Of a stretch of DNA of 53,137 nt, positions 30,030 through 40,345 are shown in pieces; the first letter of the stretch is position 1, and each line of letters begins with the position of its first letter. This DNA comes from Actinomycetota bacterium (GTDB lineage: Bacteria > Actinomycetota > Thermoleophilia > Gaiellales > Gaiellaceae), in the NCBI GenBank assembly GCA_046725655.1, contig JBKOYZ010000115.1, forward strand, positions 1-53,137. Direction: 5' to 3'. Below the pieces are notes generated by a model. That model did no database searches. It saw only the letters and a list, made by a program, of their open reading frames with translations, and had not been told where the DNA came from. The translations under genes were made by a program, and so were the position numbers.

Positions 30030-30326
30030 GCCAGTCGGCACAAGATTGCCGCACTCCTGTCACCCTGGCGTACGACGATCGTCGGTAGCCTCGACGGCGA
30101 GGGAGGAGGGAAGGAGCCCCACCCTGGGTGGGGGTTACCCCACGCGCGCGCACGCGTGCTGAGAGCGCAATGAGCGGGCGCTGGCGCGGGCCTCCTTCGC
30201 GTCCGCCTGAACCGTCGGGTCCGGCCGCGGCGGCGCGCTGCTCGCCCGTTGCTCGCATGCGCCCTTCGCACGCCGTCGCCGTCCGCGGCGCGTAGGAGCC
30301 GCAGCCGCAGTGGCGAACCCAGCTTC

Positions 30327-31136
30327 ATGGCGGCGGTGTCAAAGCCGGCTCGCGCGCGCGCGGCCGTTCTCGCGTTCCCTCGTACGCACTCCGTCCCGCA
30401 AATCGGCCTCGGGCGATTGGTGCCGTCGGGCCGGGCTCTCGTCGTCGCTTTCGGTCTGCTCGTGTGCGGAGCGCTCGCGTACGTCGCGGCGAGGGAGACG
30501 TCGATCTTCGCTCTGCGTTCGATCGAGGTGACTGGAGCACCGCCTCGGGTCAAGGCGCACGTGCGCGCGGCACTCCGGCCACTCGAGGGGCGCAACCTGA
30601 TGACGATCGATGCGAGCGACATCACCACCCGGCTCGACCGTCTTCCGGACGTGGCTCGTGCGACCTTCAACCGAGATTTCCCGCACACGCTGCGCGTCGT
30701 CGTCGCGCCTGCGCACTCCGTTGCCGTTGTCCGGCGTGGCGCCTCCGCGTGGATCGTCTCGAGCGACGGACGCATCGTCCGTGAGATCGGCCCGAGTGCC
30801 GCGCCGCGCCTGCCGCGCATCTGGGTCGTCCGGACAACTGACGTCCAGGTCGGGAGTACGGTCGAGGACGCCGACGCAGGCCGGGCGATCGCCGCCGTCG
30901 TGGCCGCAAGGGCTTCCGGGTTCGCGACGCGGATTCGCGCGGTTCGGTCGAACGACCGCGAGCTGACGTTTGTGCTCGCGTCGGGCCTCGACGTCCGCCT
31001 CGGGGATGCCAGCTCGTTGCGGACGAAGTTCGCGGTCGCCCGCCGGATCATTCCGCTCGTCAGCGCTCCAGGCTATCTCGACGTCAGCGTGCCGGAGCGG
31101 CCGGTCAGCGCCTTGAACCCTCAAGTCGGAGGTTGA
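30327..31136 (+). CDS. ftsQ: cell division protein FtsQ (POTRA domain)
   Basis: One TM (ALVVAFGLLVCGALAYV), then POTRA-like FALRSIEVTGAPPRV. Positioned before ftsZ. Start uncertain (ATG 30327, or TTG 30249). Confidence 0.7.
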   Translation: MAAVSKPARARAAVLAFPRTHSVPQIGLGRLVPSGRALVVAFGLLVCGALAYVAARETSIFALRSIEVTGAPPRVKAHVRAALRPLEGRNLMTIDASDITTRLDRLPDVARATFNRDFPHTLRVVVAPAHSVAVVRRGASAWIVSSDGRIVREIGPSAAPRLPRIWVVRTTDVQVGSTVEDADAGRAIAAVVAARASGFATRIRAVRSNDRELTFVLASGLDVRLGDASSLRTKFAVARRIIPLVSAPGYLDVSVPERPVSALNPQVGG

Positions 31137-31164
31137 GGCTGAGGGTACACATGGCTGCTAGCCG

Positions 31165-31193
31165 TTGACACGCCTTGTGATCCGGCGTACCCT
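31165..31193 (+). promoter_or_regulatory. candidate ftsZ promoter
   Basis: TTGACA(31165-70)-N17-TACCCT(31188-93), about 60 nt upstream of the ftsZ start. Confidence 0.4.
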
Positions 31194-31252
31194 GCGGCCT
31201 CGGGTGGGAAGCGTCAAACCGACGCTCCAGTAAAGCTTCAGGTCGAGCAATC

Positions 31253-32350
31253 TTGAGCGTACGCGATCAGTCAGGGAACTACCTCGCGGTGATCAAGGTC
31301 GTCGGGATCGGCGGCGGTGGCACCAATGCCGTGAACCGGATGGTCGACGCCGGTCTTTCGGGCGTCGAGTTCATCGCCGTAAACACCGATGCACAGGCGC
31401 TGCTGATGTGCGACGCCGACGTGAAGATCCACATCGGGTCGCAGGCGACGCGCGGGCTCGGAGCCGGGGCCGACCCGGGGGTCGGGAAGTCGGCGGCGCA
31501 GGAGAGCCGCGACGAGCTGAAGGAGGCCCTGAAGGGCGCCGACATGGTCTTCATCACCGCCGGCGAGGGCGGCGGCACCGGCACCGGCGGCGCGCCGATC
31601 CTCGGCGAGCTGGCCGCGCGTGAGCTCGGCGCGCTCACCGTCGGTGTCGTCACGCGGCCGTTCGGATTCGAGGGCCGCCAGCGGGCGCAGCAGGCCGAGC
31701 GGGGAATCGACGAGCTGCGTGATCAGGTGGACACCCTGATCGTGATCGAGAACGACCGGCTGCTGCAGGTGGTCGAGAAGCGCACGTCGATCGTCGACGC
31801 CTTCCGGCTCGCCGACGACGTCCTCCGCCAGGGCGTCCAGGGGATCACCGATCTGATCACGATTCCCGGCCTGGTCAACCTCGACTTTGCCGACGTCCGC
31901 ACGATCATGCGCGGCGCCGGGTCGGCACTGATGGGCATCGGCTCCTCGTCCGGCGAGAACCGGGCGACGGAGGCTGCCCAGGCGGCCGTCTCGTCGCCGC
32001 TGCTGGAAGCGTCCATCGAGGGTGCGACCGGAATCCTGCTCAACGTCACCGGCGGTACCGACATCGGGCTGTTCGAGGTGAACGAGGCGGCCGAGGTCGT
32101 GACGAGCGCAGCCGACCAGAACGCCAACGTCATCTTCGGCGCGGTCATCGACGAGTCGCTCACCGACGAGGTGCGGGTGACCGTCATCGCGACCGGATTC
32201 GGGCCGCATCGCCCCCGGCGGCGGCGCCCGGTAGAGGTTCAGGAACCGGCTCCGGCAGGCGCCGAGGAGCAGCCTCAGCCGGTCCGGCGCGAGGGGTTCG
32301 ACGTGCCGGACGACATCCTCGAGGTCCCGTCCTTCCTGCGCGACTCGTAA
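31253..32350 (+). CDS. ftsZ: cell division protein FtsZ
   Basis: [12 protein letters not shown] and tubulin signature [12 protein letters not shown]; C-terminal [11 protein letters not shown] peptide. TTG start. Confidence 0.97.
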   Translation: MSVRDQSGNYLAVIKVVGIGGGGTNAVNRMVDAGLSGVEFIAVNTDAQALLMCDADVKIHIGSQATRGLGAGADPGVGKSAAQESRDELKEALKGADMVFITAGEGGGTGTGGAPILGELAARELGALTVGVVTRPFGFEGRQRAQQAERGIDELRDQVDTLIVIENDRLLQVVEKRTSIVDAFRLADDVLRQGVQGITDLITIPGLVNLDFADVRTIMRGAGSALMGIGSSSGENRATEAAQAAVSSPLLEASIEGATGILLNVTGGTDIGLFEVNEAAEVVTSAADQNANVIFGAVIDESLTDEVRVTVIATGFGPHRPRRRRPVEVQEPAPAGAEEQPQPVRREGFDVPDDILEVPSFLRDS

Positions 32351-32362
32351 CCGCGCAGGTTT
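32335..32362 (+). terminator. hairpin spanning the ftsZ stop codon followed by TTT
   Basis: CCTGCGCG-actcgtaac-CGCGCAGG, then TTTA. 8-bp stem; the loop contains the TAA. Confidence 0.4.
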
Positions 32363-32506
32363 AGGCGCCGACGCGCTGCGGTAGGTTCGCATTGCCCTCT
32401 CGGGCTACCCGCTCTGGGCGGGGGCCCGCGATGACCCGGTCCGGCCGTCCCGGCCCCTTCGCTCGGCGGGGGGACCGGGGCGGCTTCCTTTAGCATCAGC
32501 CGCCGG

Positions 32507-33574
32507 ATGCAGACCCTGCAGAGGACGCCTCTCTACGACCGTCACGTCGCGCTCGGCGCACGGATGGTCCCGTTCGCAGGCTGGGAGATGCCCGTCCAGT
32601 ACGAAGGCGTCATCCCGGAGCACCTGGCGGTGCGCCGCGATGCCGGCGTGTTCGACGTTTCGCACATGGGCGAGCTCGAGGTCGAAGGGCCGCGGGCGCA
32701 CGAGCTGCTCCAGTCGCTGCTGTCGAACGATCTCGACCGCCTCGAGCCGGGTCATGCGCAGTACACGCTGCTGACGAATGACACCGGTGGGATCGTCGAC
32801 GACCTGATCGCGTACAGGCTCGACCGCTTCCGGTACCTGCTGATCGTGAACGCCGCGAACCGTGAGCACGACTTCGCCTGGCTCAAGGAGCGCGAGATCG
32901 CAGGCTCCGACGTCCGTGACGTCTCCGATGCATACGGCCTCCTCGCTGTGCAGGGACCTCGAGCGATCGAGCGCCTCGGCCTCCCCGACGCTCCGGGCTT
33001 CACGTTCGCCGAGGGAGACGTGGACGGCGTGGCCTGCATGGTCAACCGAACCGGCTACACCGGCGAGGCGGGAGTCGAGCTGCTCGTGGCGGCCGAGGAC
33101 GCGGGCGAGTTGTGGGACCGCGTCGTCGCGCGCGGCCCGAAGCCGGCAGGACTGGGCGCCCGCGACACGCTACGACTCGAGGTCTGCTACCCGCTGCACG
33201 GGAACGACATCGGCCCCGAGTCGGACGCGATCTCGGCCGGCCTCGGCTGGGTCTGCGCACTGGACAAGGACTTCTCGGGGGTCGAGGAGCTGCGCCGGAT
33301 CAAGAAGGAGGGGCCGGAGCGCCGACTGGTCGCCTTCGTCATGGAGGAGCGGGCGATCCCGCGGCAGGGAATGGGGATAGACGGGGGCGGCGAGGTGACG
33401 TCGGGCTCGCTTTCGCCGATGCTCGAGCGTGGTATCGGCATGGGCTACGTGCCCAGCGGCCAGGCAGAGCCCGGGACGGAGCTGACAATCGACGTCCGCG
33501 GCCGACCGCGCCGCGCGCGTGTGGTGAAGAAGCCGATCTACAAACGAGAGGAGAGCTCGAGTGGCGGCGACTGA
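32507..33574 (+). CDS. gcvT: glycine cleavage system aminomethyltransferase
   Basis: [40 protein letters not shown]. Confidence 0.95.
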   Translation: MQTLQRTPLYDRHVALGARMVPFAGWEMPVQYEGVIPEHLAVRRDAGVFDVSHMGELEVEGPRAHELLQSLLSNDLDRLEPGHAQYTLLTNDTGGIVDDLIAYRLDRFRYLLIVNAANREHDFAWLKEREIAGSDVRDVSDAYGLLAVQGPRAIERLGLPDAPGFTFAEGDVDGVACMVNRTGYTGEAGVELLVAAEDAGELWDRVVARGPKPAGLGARDTLRLEVCYPLHGNDIGPESDAISAGLGWVCALDKDFSGVEELRRIKKEGPERRLVAFVMEERAIPRQGMGIDGGGEVTSGSLSPMLERGIGMGYVPSGQAEPGTELTIDVRGRPRRARVVKKPIYKREESSSGGD

Positions 33575-33956
33575 GACCTATCCCGACGAGCTCCGGTACC
33601 ACCGCGAGCACGACTGGGCGCGGATCGACGGCAGCGAAGCCACTCTCGGCATCACGTGGTTCGCGCAGGACGCGCTCGGCGAGCTCGTCCACTTCGAGCC
33701 GCCCGAGCAGGGCTCGGCTGTCGAGAAGGACGCCGCTTACGGGGAGGTCGAGTCGGTGAAGGCGGTGTCCGACGTGATCTCGCCGCTGTCGGGCGAGGTG
33801 CTCGAGGTCAATGAGAAGGTCGTCGACGCTCCCGAGACGGTGAACGAGGATCCGTATGGCGAGGGCTGGCTCGTGCGCATCCGGCTTGCCGACTCGGCCG
33901 AGGCCGACGCCCTCCTCGACGCGGCCGCCTACCAGCAGCTCCTCCAAGAGCAATAA
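33561..33956 (+). CDS. gcvH: glycine cleavage system H protein
   Basis: Lipoyl-lysine motif VESVKAVSDV; EDPYGEGW. Confidence 0.95.
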   Translation: MAATETYPDELRYHREHDWARIDGSEATLGITWFAQDALGELVHFEPPEQGSAVEKDAAYGEVESVKAVSDVISPLSGEVLEVNEKVVDAPETVNEDPYGEGWLVRIRLADSAEADALLDAAAYQQLLQEQ

Positions 33957-33971
33957 GGACGGAAAGCAGTA

Positions 33972-35303
33972 GTGAGCTTCCTGTCGCTGACCGAACAGGA
34001 TCGTAAGCAGATGCTCGAGTCGATCGGCATCGACTCGATTGACGCTCTGTTCGAGCAGATCCCTCCGGGTGTCCGCCTCGACCGGCCACTCGATCTCGAG
34101 CCGGCGCTCTCGGAGCCGGAGCTCGTCGCGCACCTGACGGAGCTTGCCGCTCGAAACACCGACACGGGCAGCGAGATCTCGTTCCTCGGCGCCGGAATCT
34201 ACGACCACTACGTCCCTGCAGTCGTCGATGCCGTGCTCGCCCGCGGTGAGTTCCTCACCGCGTACACGCCCTACCAGCCCGAGATGAGCCAAGGCGTGCT
34301 CCAGGCGATCTTCGAGTACCAGACCGCGATCTGCGAGCTGACCGGCATGGACGTCTCGAACGCATCCGGCTACGACGGGACGACCGTCGCCGCGGACGCC
34401 TGCTACCTCGCGAAGCACGCGACGGGCCGGTCGCGGGTCGTTGTCGCCGAAACGCTGAACCCGCAGGTGCGCCAGGTCGTCAAGACGTATGCGCCCGGGT
34501 TCGGCCTCGACGTCGTCGAGGTTCCCCATTCCGGCGGCATGACCGACCCGGACGACCTTCGCCGCGCCGCTGACGGTGCGGCGTGCGTCATCTTTCAGCA
34601 GCCGAACTTCTTCGGTTGCCTCGAGCCTGCGCCCGAGCTCGCGTCCGCAGCCGACGATGCGGGAGCGCTCCCGGTCGCCCACGTCGACCCGGTGTCGCTC
34701 GGCGTCCTCGAGGCACCCGGCGCCTACGGCTGTGCGCTTGCGATCGGCGAGGGGCAGGCGGCCGGCAACTACCAGGCCTACGGCGGTCCGCACTATGGGT
34801 TTTTGGCGGCGCGGTCCGAGTACATCCGGCGAATGCCGGGCCGGATCTCCGGGGAGACGCTCGACGCCGAGGGCAGACGCGGCTTCGTCCTGACGCTCCA
34901 AACGCGCGAGCAGCACATCCGCCGTGAGAAGGCCACCTCCAACATCACGACGAACCAGACGCTGCTCGCCCTTGCCGGGCTCGTGCACCTCTCGTGGCTC
35001 GGACCGCAGGGGCTCCGCGAAGTGGGGGAGACCTGCCTCGCGCTCGGCCGCTATGCGAAAGAGCGACTCTCCGAGGCCGGCTTCGGTCTTGTGTTTCCTG
35101 ATCGGGCAACGTTCAAGGAGTTTGCCGTACGCGTCGGACGGCCTGCGAAGGAGGCGATCGGGGCTGCTCGCGGGCAGGGCATCCACCCCGGCTACGCGCT
35201 CGGCCGCGACTACCCGGGACTCGACGATGCCCTGCTGGTCGCGGTCACCGAGAAGCGGACGACCGACGAGATCGACCGGCTCGTCGAGGTGCTCGCGGCG
35301 TGA
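33972..35303 (+). CDS. gcvPA: glycine dehydrogenase (decarboxylating) subunit 1
   Basis: FLGAGIYDHYVP, YTPYQPEMSQG, REKATSNITTNQ. Confidence 0.95.
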   Translation: MSFLSLTEQDRKQMLESIGIDSIDALFEQIPPGVRLDRPLDLEPALSEPELVAHLTELAARNTDTGSEISFLGAGIYDHYVPAVVDAVLARGEFLTAYTPYQPEMSQGVLQAIFEYQTAICELTGMDVSNASGYDGTTVAADACYLAKHATGRSRVVVAETLNPQVRQVVKTYAPGFGLDVVEVPHSGGMTDPDDLRRAADGAACVIFQQPNFFGCLEPAPELASAADDAGALPVAHVDPVSLGVLEAPGAYGCALAIGEGQAAGNYQAYGGPHYGFLAARSEYIRRMPGRISGETLDAEGRRGFVLTLQTREQHIRREKATSNITTNQTLLALAGLVHLSWLGPQGLREVGETCLALGRYAKERLSEAGFGLVFPDRATFKEFAVRVGRPAKEAIGAARGQGIHPGYALGRDYPGLDDALLVAVTEKRTTDEIDRLVEVLAA

Positions 35304-36799
35304 AGCTGATCTACGAAAAGTCCGAGCCGGGGCGACGGGCGTCGTCGCTTCCACGGCCGGATCTGCCGCCGAGCGAGATCCCGGAGGAGTTGCGCCGTCA
35401 GCGGCCGCCGCGCCTACCGGAGGTCGCCGAGCCCGAGGTCGTACGTCACTTCACGGCGCTCGCGGACCGCACCTTCGGGATCGACACGGGCTTCTATCCC
35501 CTCGGCTCCTGCACCATGAAGCACAACCCGCGCGTCAACGAGCGCGTTGTGTCACTCCCGGGGTTTCGCGATCTGCATCCGCTGCAGGAAGAGGGAGCGG
35601 CGCAGGGCGCGCTGGAGCTGATGTGGCGCCTGCAGGAGATCCTCGCCGAGATCGTCGGCCTGCCGGCCGTTTCGCTGCAGCCCGCCGCCGGCTCTCAAGG
35701 GGAGCTGACCGGCTTGATGCTGATGCGGGCCTACTTCGCCGAGCGCGGCGAAGACGAGCGGCGGCGCGAGATCGTGATTCCGGACACGGCGCACGGGACG
35801 AATCCGGCAAGCGTGACGATGGCGGGCTACGCGCTCGTCGGAGTCGCCACGGATCCGCGCGGCAACGTCGACCTCGACGACCTGCGCTCGAAAGTCGGTC
35901 CCCAGACGGCCGGCCTGATGCTGACCAATCCCTCGACGCTCGGTCTCTTCGACGAAGGCATCGAGGAGATCACCCGGATCTTCCACGAGGCCGGCGCGCT
36001 CATGTACTACGACGGGGCGAACCTGAACGCGATCTGCGGGATCTCACGGCCCGGCGACATGGGATTCGACATCGTCCATTTCAATTTGCACAAGACGTTT
36101 TCGCAGCCCCATGGCGGCGGTGGTCCCGGGGGCGGTCCGATCGCCGTGCGCGAGAGGCTGGAACCGTTCCTCCCGGTCCCGGCGGTGGTGCGCGACGGCG
36201 AGCGGTTCCGCTTCGACTTCGATCGGCCGAAGACGATCGGGAAGGTACGCGGCTTCTACGGCCCGTTCGGCGTCTTCGTCCGGTCGTATGCCTACATCCG
36301 CTCGTTCGGACCCGCGTTGAAGGAGATGTCGGAGGTTGCGGTCCTCAACGCCAACTATCTGCTCGCCGGGCTGAAGGACGTGTACGAGCTGCCGTTCGAT
36401 CGCCTCTGCATGCACGAGTTCGTGCTCTCCGGCAGGCGCTTCAAGCGCGAGCACGGTGTAACGACGCTCGACATCGCGAAGCGGTTGATGGACTACGGCT
36501 TCCATCCGCCCACGATCTACTTCCCGCTGATCGTGCCCGAGGCGCTGATGGTCGAGCCGACGGAGACGGAGCCCAAGGAGACCCTCGACGCGTTCTCAGA
36601 CGCCATGCTCGCGATCGCCCGGGAAGCCGCCGACGAACCTCAGCTCCTCAAGGACGCGCCCCACGTTCGCCCGGTCAGCCGGCTTGACGAGGTGCGGGCG
36701 GCCAAGCAGCCGATTGTCCGCTACCGGTTCGAGGAGCACGAAGATCTGGGCAGCGAGCGGGCAGAGCCGCGTCAGCTCGAGGCGCAGAAGGGCGCCTAG
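35300..36799 (+). CDS. gcvPB: glycine dehydrogenase (decarboxylating) subunit 2
   Basis: GTGA overlap with gcvPA. LGSCTMKHNP, HGTNPAS, PLP-lysine context FNLHKTF. Confidence 0.95.
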   Translation: MKLIYEKSEPGRRASSLPRPDLPPSEIPEELRRQRPPRLPEVAEPEVVRHFTALADRTFGIDTGFYPLGSCTMKHNPRVNERVVSLPGFRDLHPLQEEGAAQGALELMWRLQEILAEIVGLPAVSLQPAAGSQGELTGLMLMRAYFAERGEDERRREIVIPDTAHGTNPASVTMAGYALVGVATDPRGNVDLDDLRSKVGPQTAGLMLTNPSTLGLFDEGIEEITRIFHEAGALMYYDGANLNAICGISRPGDMGFDIVHFNLHKTFSQPHGGGGPGGGPIAVRERLEPFLPVPAVVRDGERFRFDFDRPKTIGKVRGFYGPFGVFVRSYAYIRSFGPALKEMSEVAVLNANYLLAGLKDVYELPFDRLCMHEFVLSGRRFKREHGVTTLDIAKRLMDYGFHPPTIYFPLIVPEALMVEPTETEPKETLDAFSDAMLAIAREAADEPQLLKDAPHVRPVSRLDEVRAAKQPIVRYRFEEHEDLGSERAEPRQLEAQKGA

Positions 36800-36863
36800 G
36801 CGCAGCGAGTCGAAACAGGGCTGCGTCTCTTCGGCGCGAGCTGTGCGCCTGCAGAATAGGGGC

Positions 36864-37907
36864 GTGATCGACCTCCGCTCGGACACGAAGACGAAGCCGA
36901 CGCCGGGCATGCGAGCGGCGATTGCCAACGCCGAGGTCGGCGACGAGCAGCGCCGCGAGGACCCGACCGTCAACGAGCTCGAGCGGCGCGTCGCCGCGCT
37001 GCTTGGCCAGCAGGAGTCCGTCTTCGTTCCGACAGCGACCATGGCGAACGAGATCGCGCTGCGGGCGCTGTCGGAGCCCGGCGACGAGTTGATCGCCGAG
37101 GAGAACGCGCACGTCCTACTCTTCGAGCTGGGAGGTCCTGCCGTCCACGCAGGGCTGATGACGCGGCCGGTTCGCGGAAGGCACGGCCGGTTCGGCCCCG
37201 ACGAGGTGCAGCGGATGGTTCGACGCACCGACGGGACGCACGTCTCGCCGACACGTGTAGTGGCGATCGAGAATACGCACAACGCCTCGGGCGGCCGCGT
37301 TTGGCCACTCGAGGAGATCCGAACACTCGTCGGCGCTTGCCGCGAGCTCGAGCTTGCGGTGCATCTCGATGGAGCCCGGTTGCTCAACGCCGCGGTCGCC
37401 AGCCGTGTTCCCGCTGCCGAGATCGCAGGCCGCTTCGACACGGTGACGCTCTGCCTGTCGAAGGGCCTCGGCTGTCCGCTCGGCGCCCTCGTGGCCGGCT
37501 CGAGCGACCTGATGCGGAAGGCCCGGCGCCTCAAGCACCAGTTTGGCGGCGCCATGCGGCAGGCCGGGATCGTTGCCGCCGCGGGCGTGTATGCACTCGA
37601 CCATCACATCGAACGGCTCGCGGACGATCACGCGCGGGCTCGCCGCCTCGCGAAGGCGCTTCACGCCGCCGGCGTGCCGCTCGATCTTGAGCAGGTGGAG
37701 ACGAACTTCGTGCAGATCGACGTCGGGAAGCTCGGCCTGGATACCGCCGACGCCCTCGCACGGCTCGAGCGCGAGGGGGTCGGGCTGTCGCTGACGCCGA
37801 GCCCGGGCGTCCTCCGCGCGCTAACCCACCTCGACGTGGCCGACGAAGACATCGACCGGGCGGCCGACGCGATCCCGCGCGCGCTCGGGATCCTGGCGCG
37901 AGCGTAG
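36864..37907 (+). CDS. ltaE: low-specificity L-threonine aldolase
   Basis: GTG 36864 preceded by AGGGG. IDLRSDTKTKPT, GDEQRREDPT, PLP-lysine context CLSKGLGCPLGA. Confidence 0.8.
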   Translation: MIDLRSDTKTKPTPGMRAAIANAEVGDEQRREDPTVNELERRVAALLGQQESVFVPTATMANEIALRALSEPGDELIAEENAHVLLFELGGPAVHAGLMTRPVRGRHGRFGPDEVQRMVRRTDGTHVSPTRVVAIENTHNASGGRVWPLEEIRTLVGACRELELAVHLDGARLLNAAVASRVPAAEIAGRFDTVTLCLSKGLGCPLGALVAGSSDLMRKARRLKHQFGGAMRQAGIVAAAGVYALDHHIERLADDHARARRLAKALHAAGVPLDLEQVETNFVQIDVGKLGLDTADALARLEREGVGLSLTPSPGVLRALTHLDVADEDIDRAADAIPRALGILARA

Positions 37908-38039
37908 AGACCCGCTCCGCCTTGCGCCGTTGCGGCGGTCCTGGTTAAGGCACAGCCGACCTGCTCCCCGCGGCGAGCGCAACGCCGTTCGACGCACGCG
38001 TGTGAAACGCAGCCGTGACGAAGGTGTGACGATCCGCGC

Positions 38040-39089
38040 TCAGCGGTCGCCGGCGAAGCCGAAGGCGACTGCGAGCGCGACGTACGCGACGACGAGCGCG
38101 AGACCCTTCCAGCGCGCCGAGTACGAATCCACGACAACGAGCGCAACCGCGATCGTCGCGCCGGCCATCCCGGCGACCTCTTCCCAGCGGAATGCCAGCG
38201 GGAGGGCCGGCTGGACGAGCCATGAGAGCAGAGCGATTGTCGACATCACCAGGAGGGCTACCTGCGCGCTCGAGGAGATGGCGATCTCCGTCGCCAGCCG
38301 CATGTTCCCGCGCCGCGCGATCACGATCGCGCCGCCGTGCTCGGCGGCGTTGCCGACGACCGCGACGATGACGATCGAGATGAAGAACTGCGACAGCCCG
38401 GCCGTCTTGGCAAAGCCCTGCAGGGAGTGGACCAGGATCTCGCTGATCACCGCCGTCGCCGCGGTGGCGAGCCCGAGTGCCAGGAGCGCCTGTCGAAGCG
38501 ACCACACGCCCTCCCGTGCCTTCTGTGCACCGGCCTCGTGGGCCTGCTTCTGACGCCGGAGCTGCCACGTCTGCACGACCACGTAGACGACCAAGAGGAT
38601 CACGGCGATCGGGATCGTCACGACCGCGAGCGAATGACGGTCGGGATCGCCGTGCCAGCCTGGAATCGTCGGAACGAACACGATGGCGACCGCGAAGGCG
38701 ACGAGCCCGAGTTGCAGCAGCAGTGAGTCGCGGTCGATCCGCTTGCGGCTCGGGCCTGCAGCCATCGCCAACCCGAGCACGAGCAGGAGGTTCGAGATCA
38801 CGCTGCCGGCAAGCGAACCGCGGACAACGTTCGGCAGCGAGTCGGCAACGGCAAACACGGCGATGATCAGCTCCGGCGCGTTGCCGAAGCTCGCGTTCAG
38901 AAAGCCCCCCATGCCCGGGCCGGTGTGCTCGGCGGCGTGCTCGGTCGCCTCGCCGATCAGCCACGCCAGTGGCACGAGCGAGATCGCCGCGAGCACGAAC
39001 AACGGGACGTCACCCGCGTGGAGGGCGAAGTCGACGACGAAGGTAATCGGAGCCAGCGCGAGAGACGCCCAGAGGAGCTTCCGCGCCAC
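38040..39089 (-). CDS. Ca2+/cation:proton antiporter (CaCA/CAX family)
   Basis: Two alpha-repeats, GNAPELIIA and GNAAEHGGA; about 11 TM segments. Confidence 0.85.
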   Translation of the reverse strand: MARKLLWASLALAPITFVVDFALHAGDVPLFVLAAISLVPLAWLIGEATEHAAEHTGPGMGGFLNASFGNAPELIIAVFAVADSLPNVVRGSLAGSVISNLLLVLGLAMAAGPSRKRIDRDSLLLQLGLVAFAVAIVFVPTIPGWHGDPDRHSLAVVTIPIAVILLVVYVVVQTWQLRRQKQAHEAGAQKAREGVWSLRQALLALGLATAATAVISEILVHSLQGFAKTAGLSQFFISIVIVAVVGNAAEHGGAIVIARRGNMRLATEIAISSSAQVALLVMSTIALLSWLVQPALPLAFRWEEVAGMAGATIAVALVVVDSYSARWKGLALVVAYVALAVAFGFAGDR

Positions 39090-39106
39090 GCGGATACCCT
39101 ACCCGC

Positions 39107-39832
39107 GTGCCGGAGGCGGTCCTCTTCGACTGGGGCGACACGCTGATGCAGTTCGCCTACGACCCGCAGCTCGTCGAGGCGGGTCAGCGTGCCGGTCTCG
39201 ACGCCCTCGGGCGGGACGACCTTCCGGATGTCGCTCGCGTGGCGGCGCACTTCCGCGAGCGCTACGAGCCGTTCTTCTGGATCCCGGGGACGGTGGAGGA
39301 GCTCGAGTATCCTGGCCTCGTCCGCCAGCTGCTCGGCGACTTCGGGGTCGAGATCGCCGACGTGGAGCTCACGCGCTACCTCGAGGCCGAGCATCGGGCG
39401 TGGGAGCCCGCGCGTCGGCTCGCCTCGAACACGCACGCGCTGCTGGACTCGCTGCGCGCGAGGGGGCTCAAGCTCGCTCTCGTCTCGAACGCCTTCGACC
39501 CGGGCTGGTTGCTTCACCGCGACCTCGAGCAGATGGGGCTCGGCGACCGCCTGGACTTCGCCGTCTTCTCGTCGGAGGTCGGCAAGCGCAAGCCGCACCC
39601 GGCGATCTTCCTGCGCGCGCTGTCCGAGCTCCGCGTCGCGGCGGAGGATGCGGTCTTCGTCGGCGACCGCCTCTACGAGGACATTCGCGGCGCCGGCGAG
39701 CTCGGTATGACCACGGTCCAGGCGGTGTGGTTCCGCGCGGACGAGCACCCGGAAGGCGGTGAGCCCGATTTCCAGGCTTTCACGCAAATGGACGTCCTGA
39801 ACGTCGTCGACCGTCTCGCCGCGGCGGCCTGA
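39107..39832 (+). CDS. HAD-superfamily hydrolase (subfamily IA-like)
   Basis: Motif I LFDWGDTL, motif II VSNA, KRKPHP, motif IV VGDRLYEDIRGA. Confidence 0.75.
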   Translation: MPEAVLFDWGDTLMQFAYDPQLVEAGQRAGLDALGRDDLPDVARVAAHFRERYEPFFWIPGTVEELEYPGLVRQLLGDFGVEIADVELTRYLEAEHRAWEPARRLASNTHALLDSLRARGLKLALVSNAFDPGWLLHRDLEQMGLGDRLDFAVFSSEVGKRKPHPAIFLRALSELRVAAEDAVFVGDRLYEDIRGAGELGMTTVQAVWFRADEHPEGGEPDFQAFTQMDVLNVVDRLAAAA

Positions 39833-39916
39833 GCCGGCGCGGCCACGGCGCCTAGCCCGTCACGCCGCGCTTGTCAAGTCTTGCGGCCGGTATACGCCGT
39901 CGCCCAAAATCCATCC

Positions 39917-40345
39917 ATGGAGACCGAGCGCGACCTCGTCACGCGGGCGAGCGACCTTCCGCTCCACCCGCAGGACGAGCTCGAGTGCCGGCGCTGCGGG
40001 GTCCACTGCGACAAGGTCGTCTACCCGGCGTCGTGCGTGGAGCGCGGCTGCTCCTTCCTCTATTCGTACGAGGAGTTCGGCCACACCTACGTCGGCTGCA
40101 TGCAGAAGGTCTTCGACGTCGAGATCGACCTCGACCTGCTGCGCGCGGCCGAGGCGTCCGGCGAGTTCGGCGCCGTGAAGGCCGCGCGGAACCCGCTGCC
40201 GATGTGCCGCGTCGAGGTCGAGAGCTGTTACGAGAGCAGGACCGAGGACGTCGGCTGCCTCAACCCCGAGTTCTACGAGCTGCCGGTCGGCGAGCCGACA
40301 TTCCGGGTATTCGCGCAGCTGCGTTCCAGCCTGCCTGACGACTGA
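39917..40345 (+). CDS. Cys-rich conserved hypothetical protein
   Basis: ATG 39917 (METERDL). CRRCGVHC plus further Cys residues. Its last 39 nt are duplicated downstream. Confidence 0.5.
   Translation: METERDLVTRASDLPLHPQDELECRRCGVHCDKVVYPASCVERGCSFLYSYEEFGHTYVGCMQKVFDVEIDLDLLRAAEASGEFGAVKAARNPLPMCRVEVESCYESRTEDVGCLNPEFYELPVGEPTFRVFAQLRSSLPDD

Noticed and set aside
29475-30258. 232-aa plus-strand and 245-aa minus-strand ORFs covering the murB-ftsQ gap
   Set aside because: Both overlap murB out of frame or antisense, and their products are Arg/Ala/Gly/Pro-rich with no motifs. The gap is treated as non-coding pending a GC3 analysis.
32363-32506. Canonical glycine riboswitch upstream of gcvT
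   Set aside because: The core motifs GGAGAG and CCGAAGG(G/A)GCAA are missing on the plus strand. A CGAAGGGGC string exists only on the wrong strand and in the wrong order.
33339-35354. 671-aa ORF on the minus strand
   Set aside because: It is antisense to gcvH and gcvPA, which carry unambiguous motifs. No recognisable domain; a GC-rich open-frame artefact.
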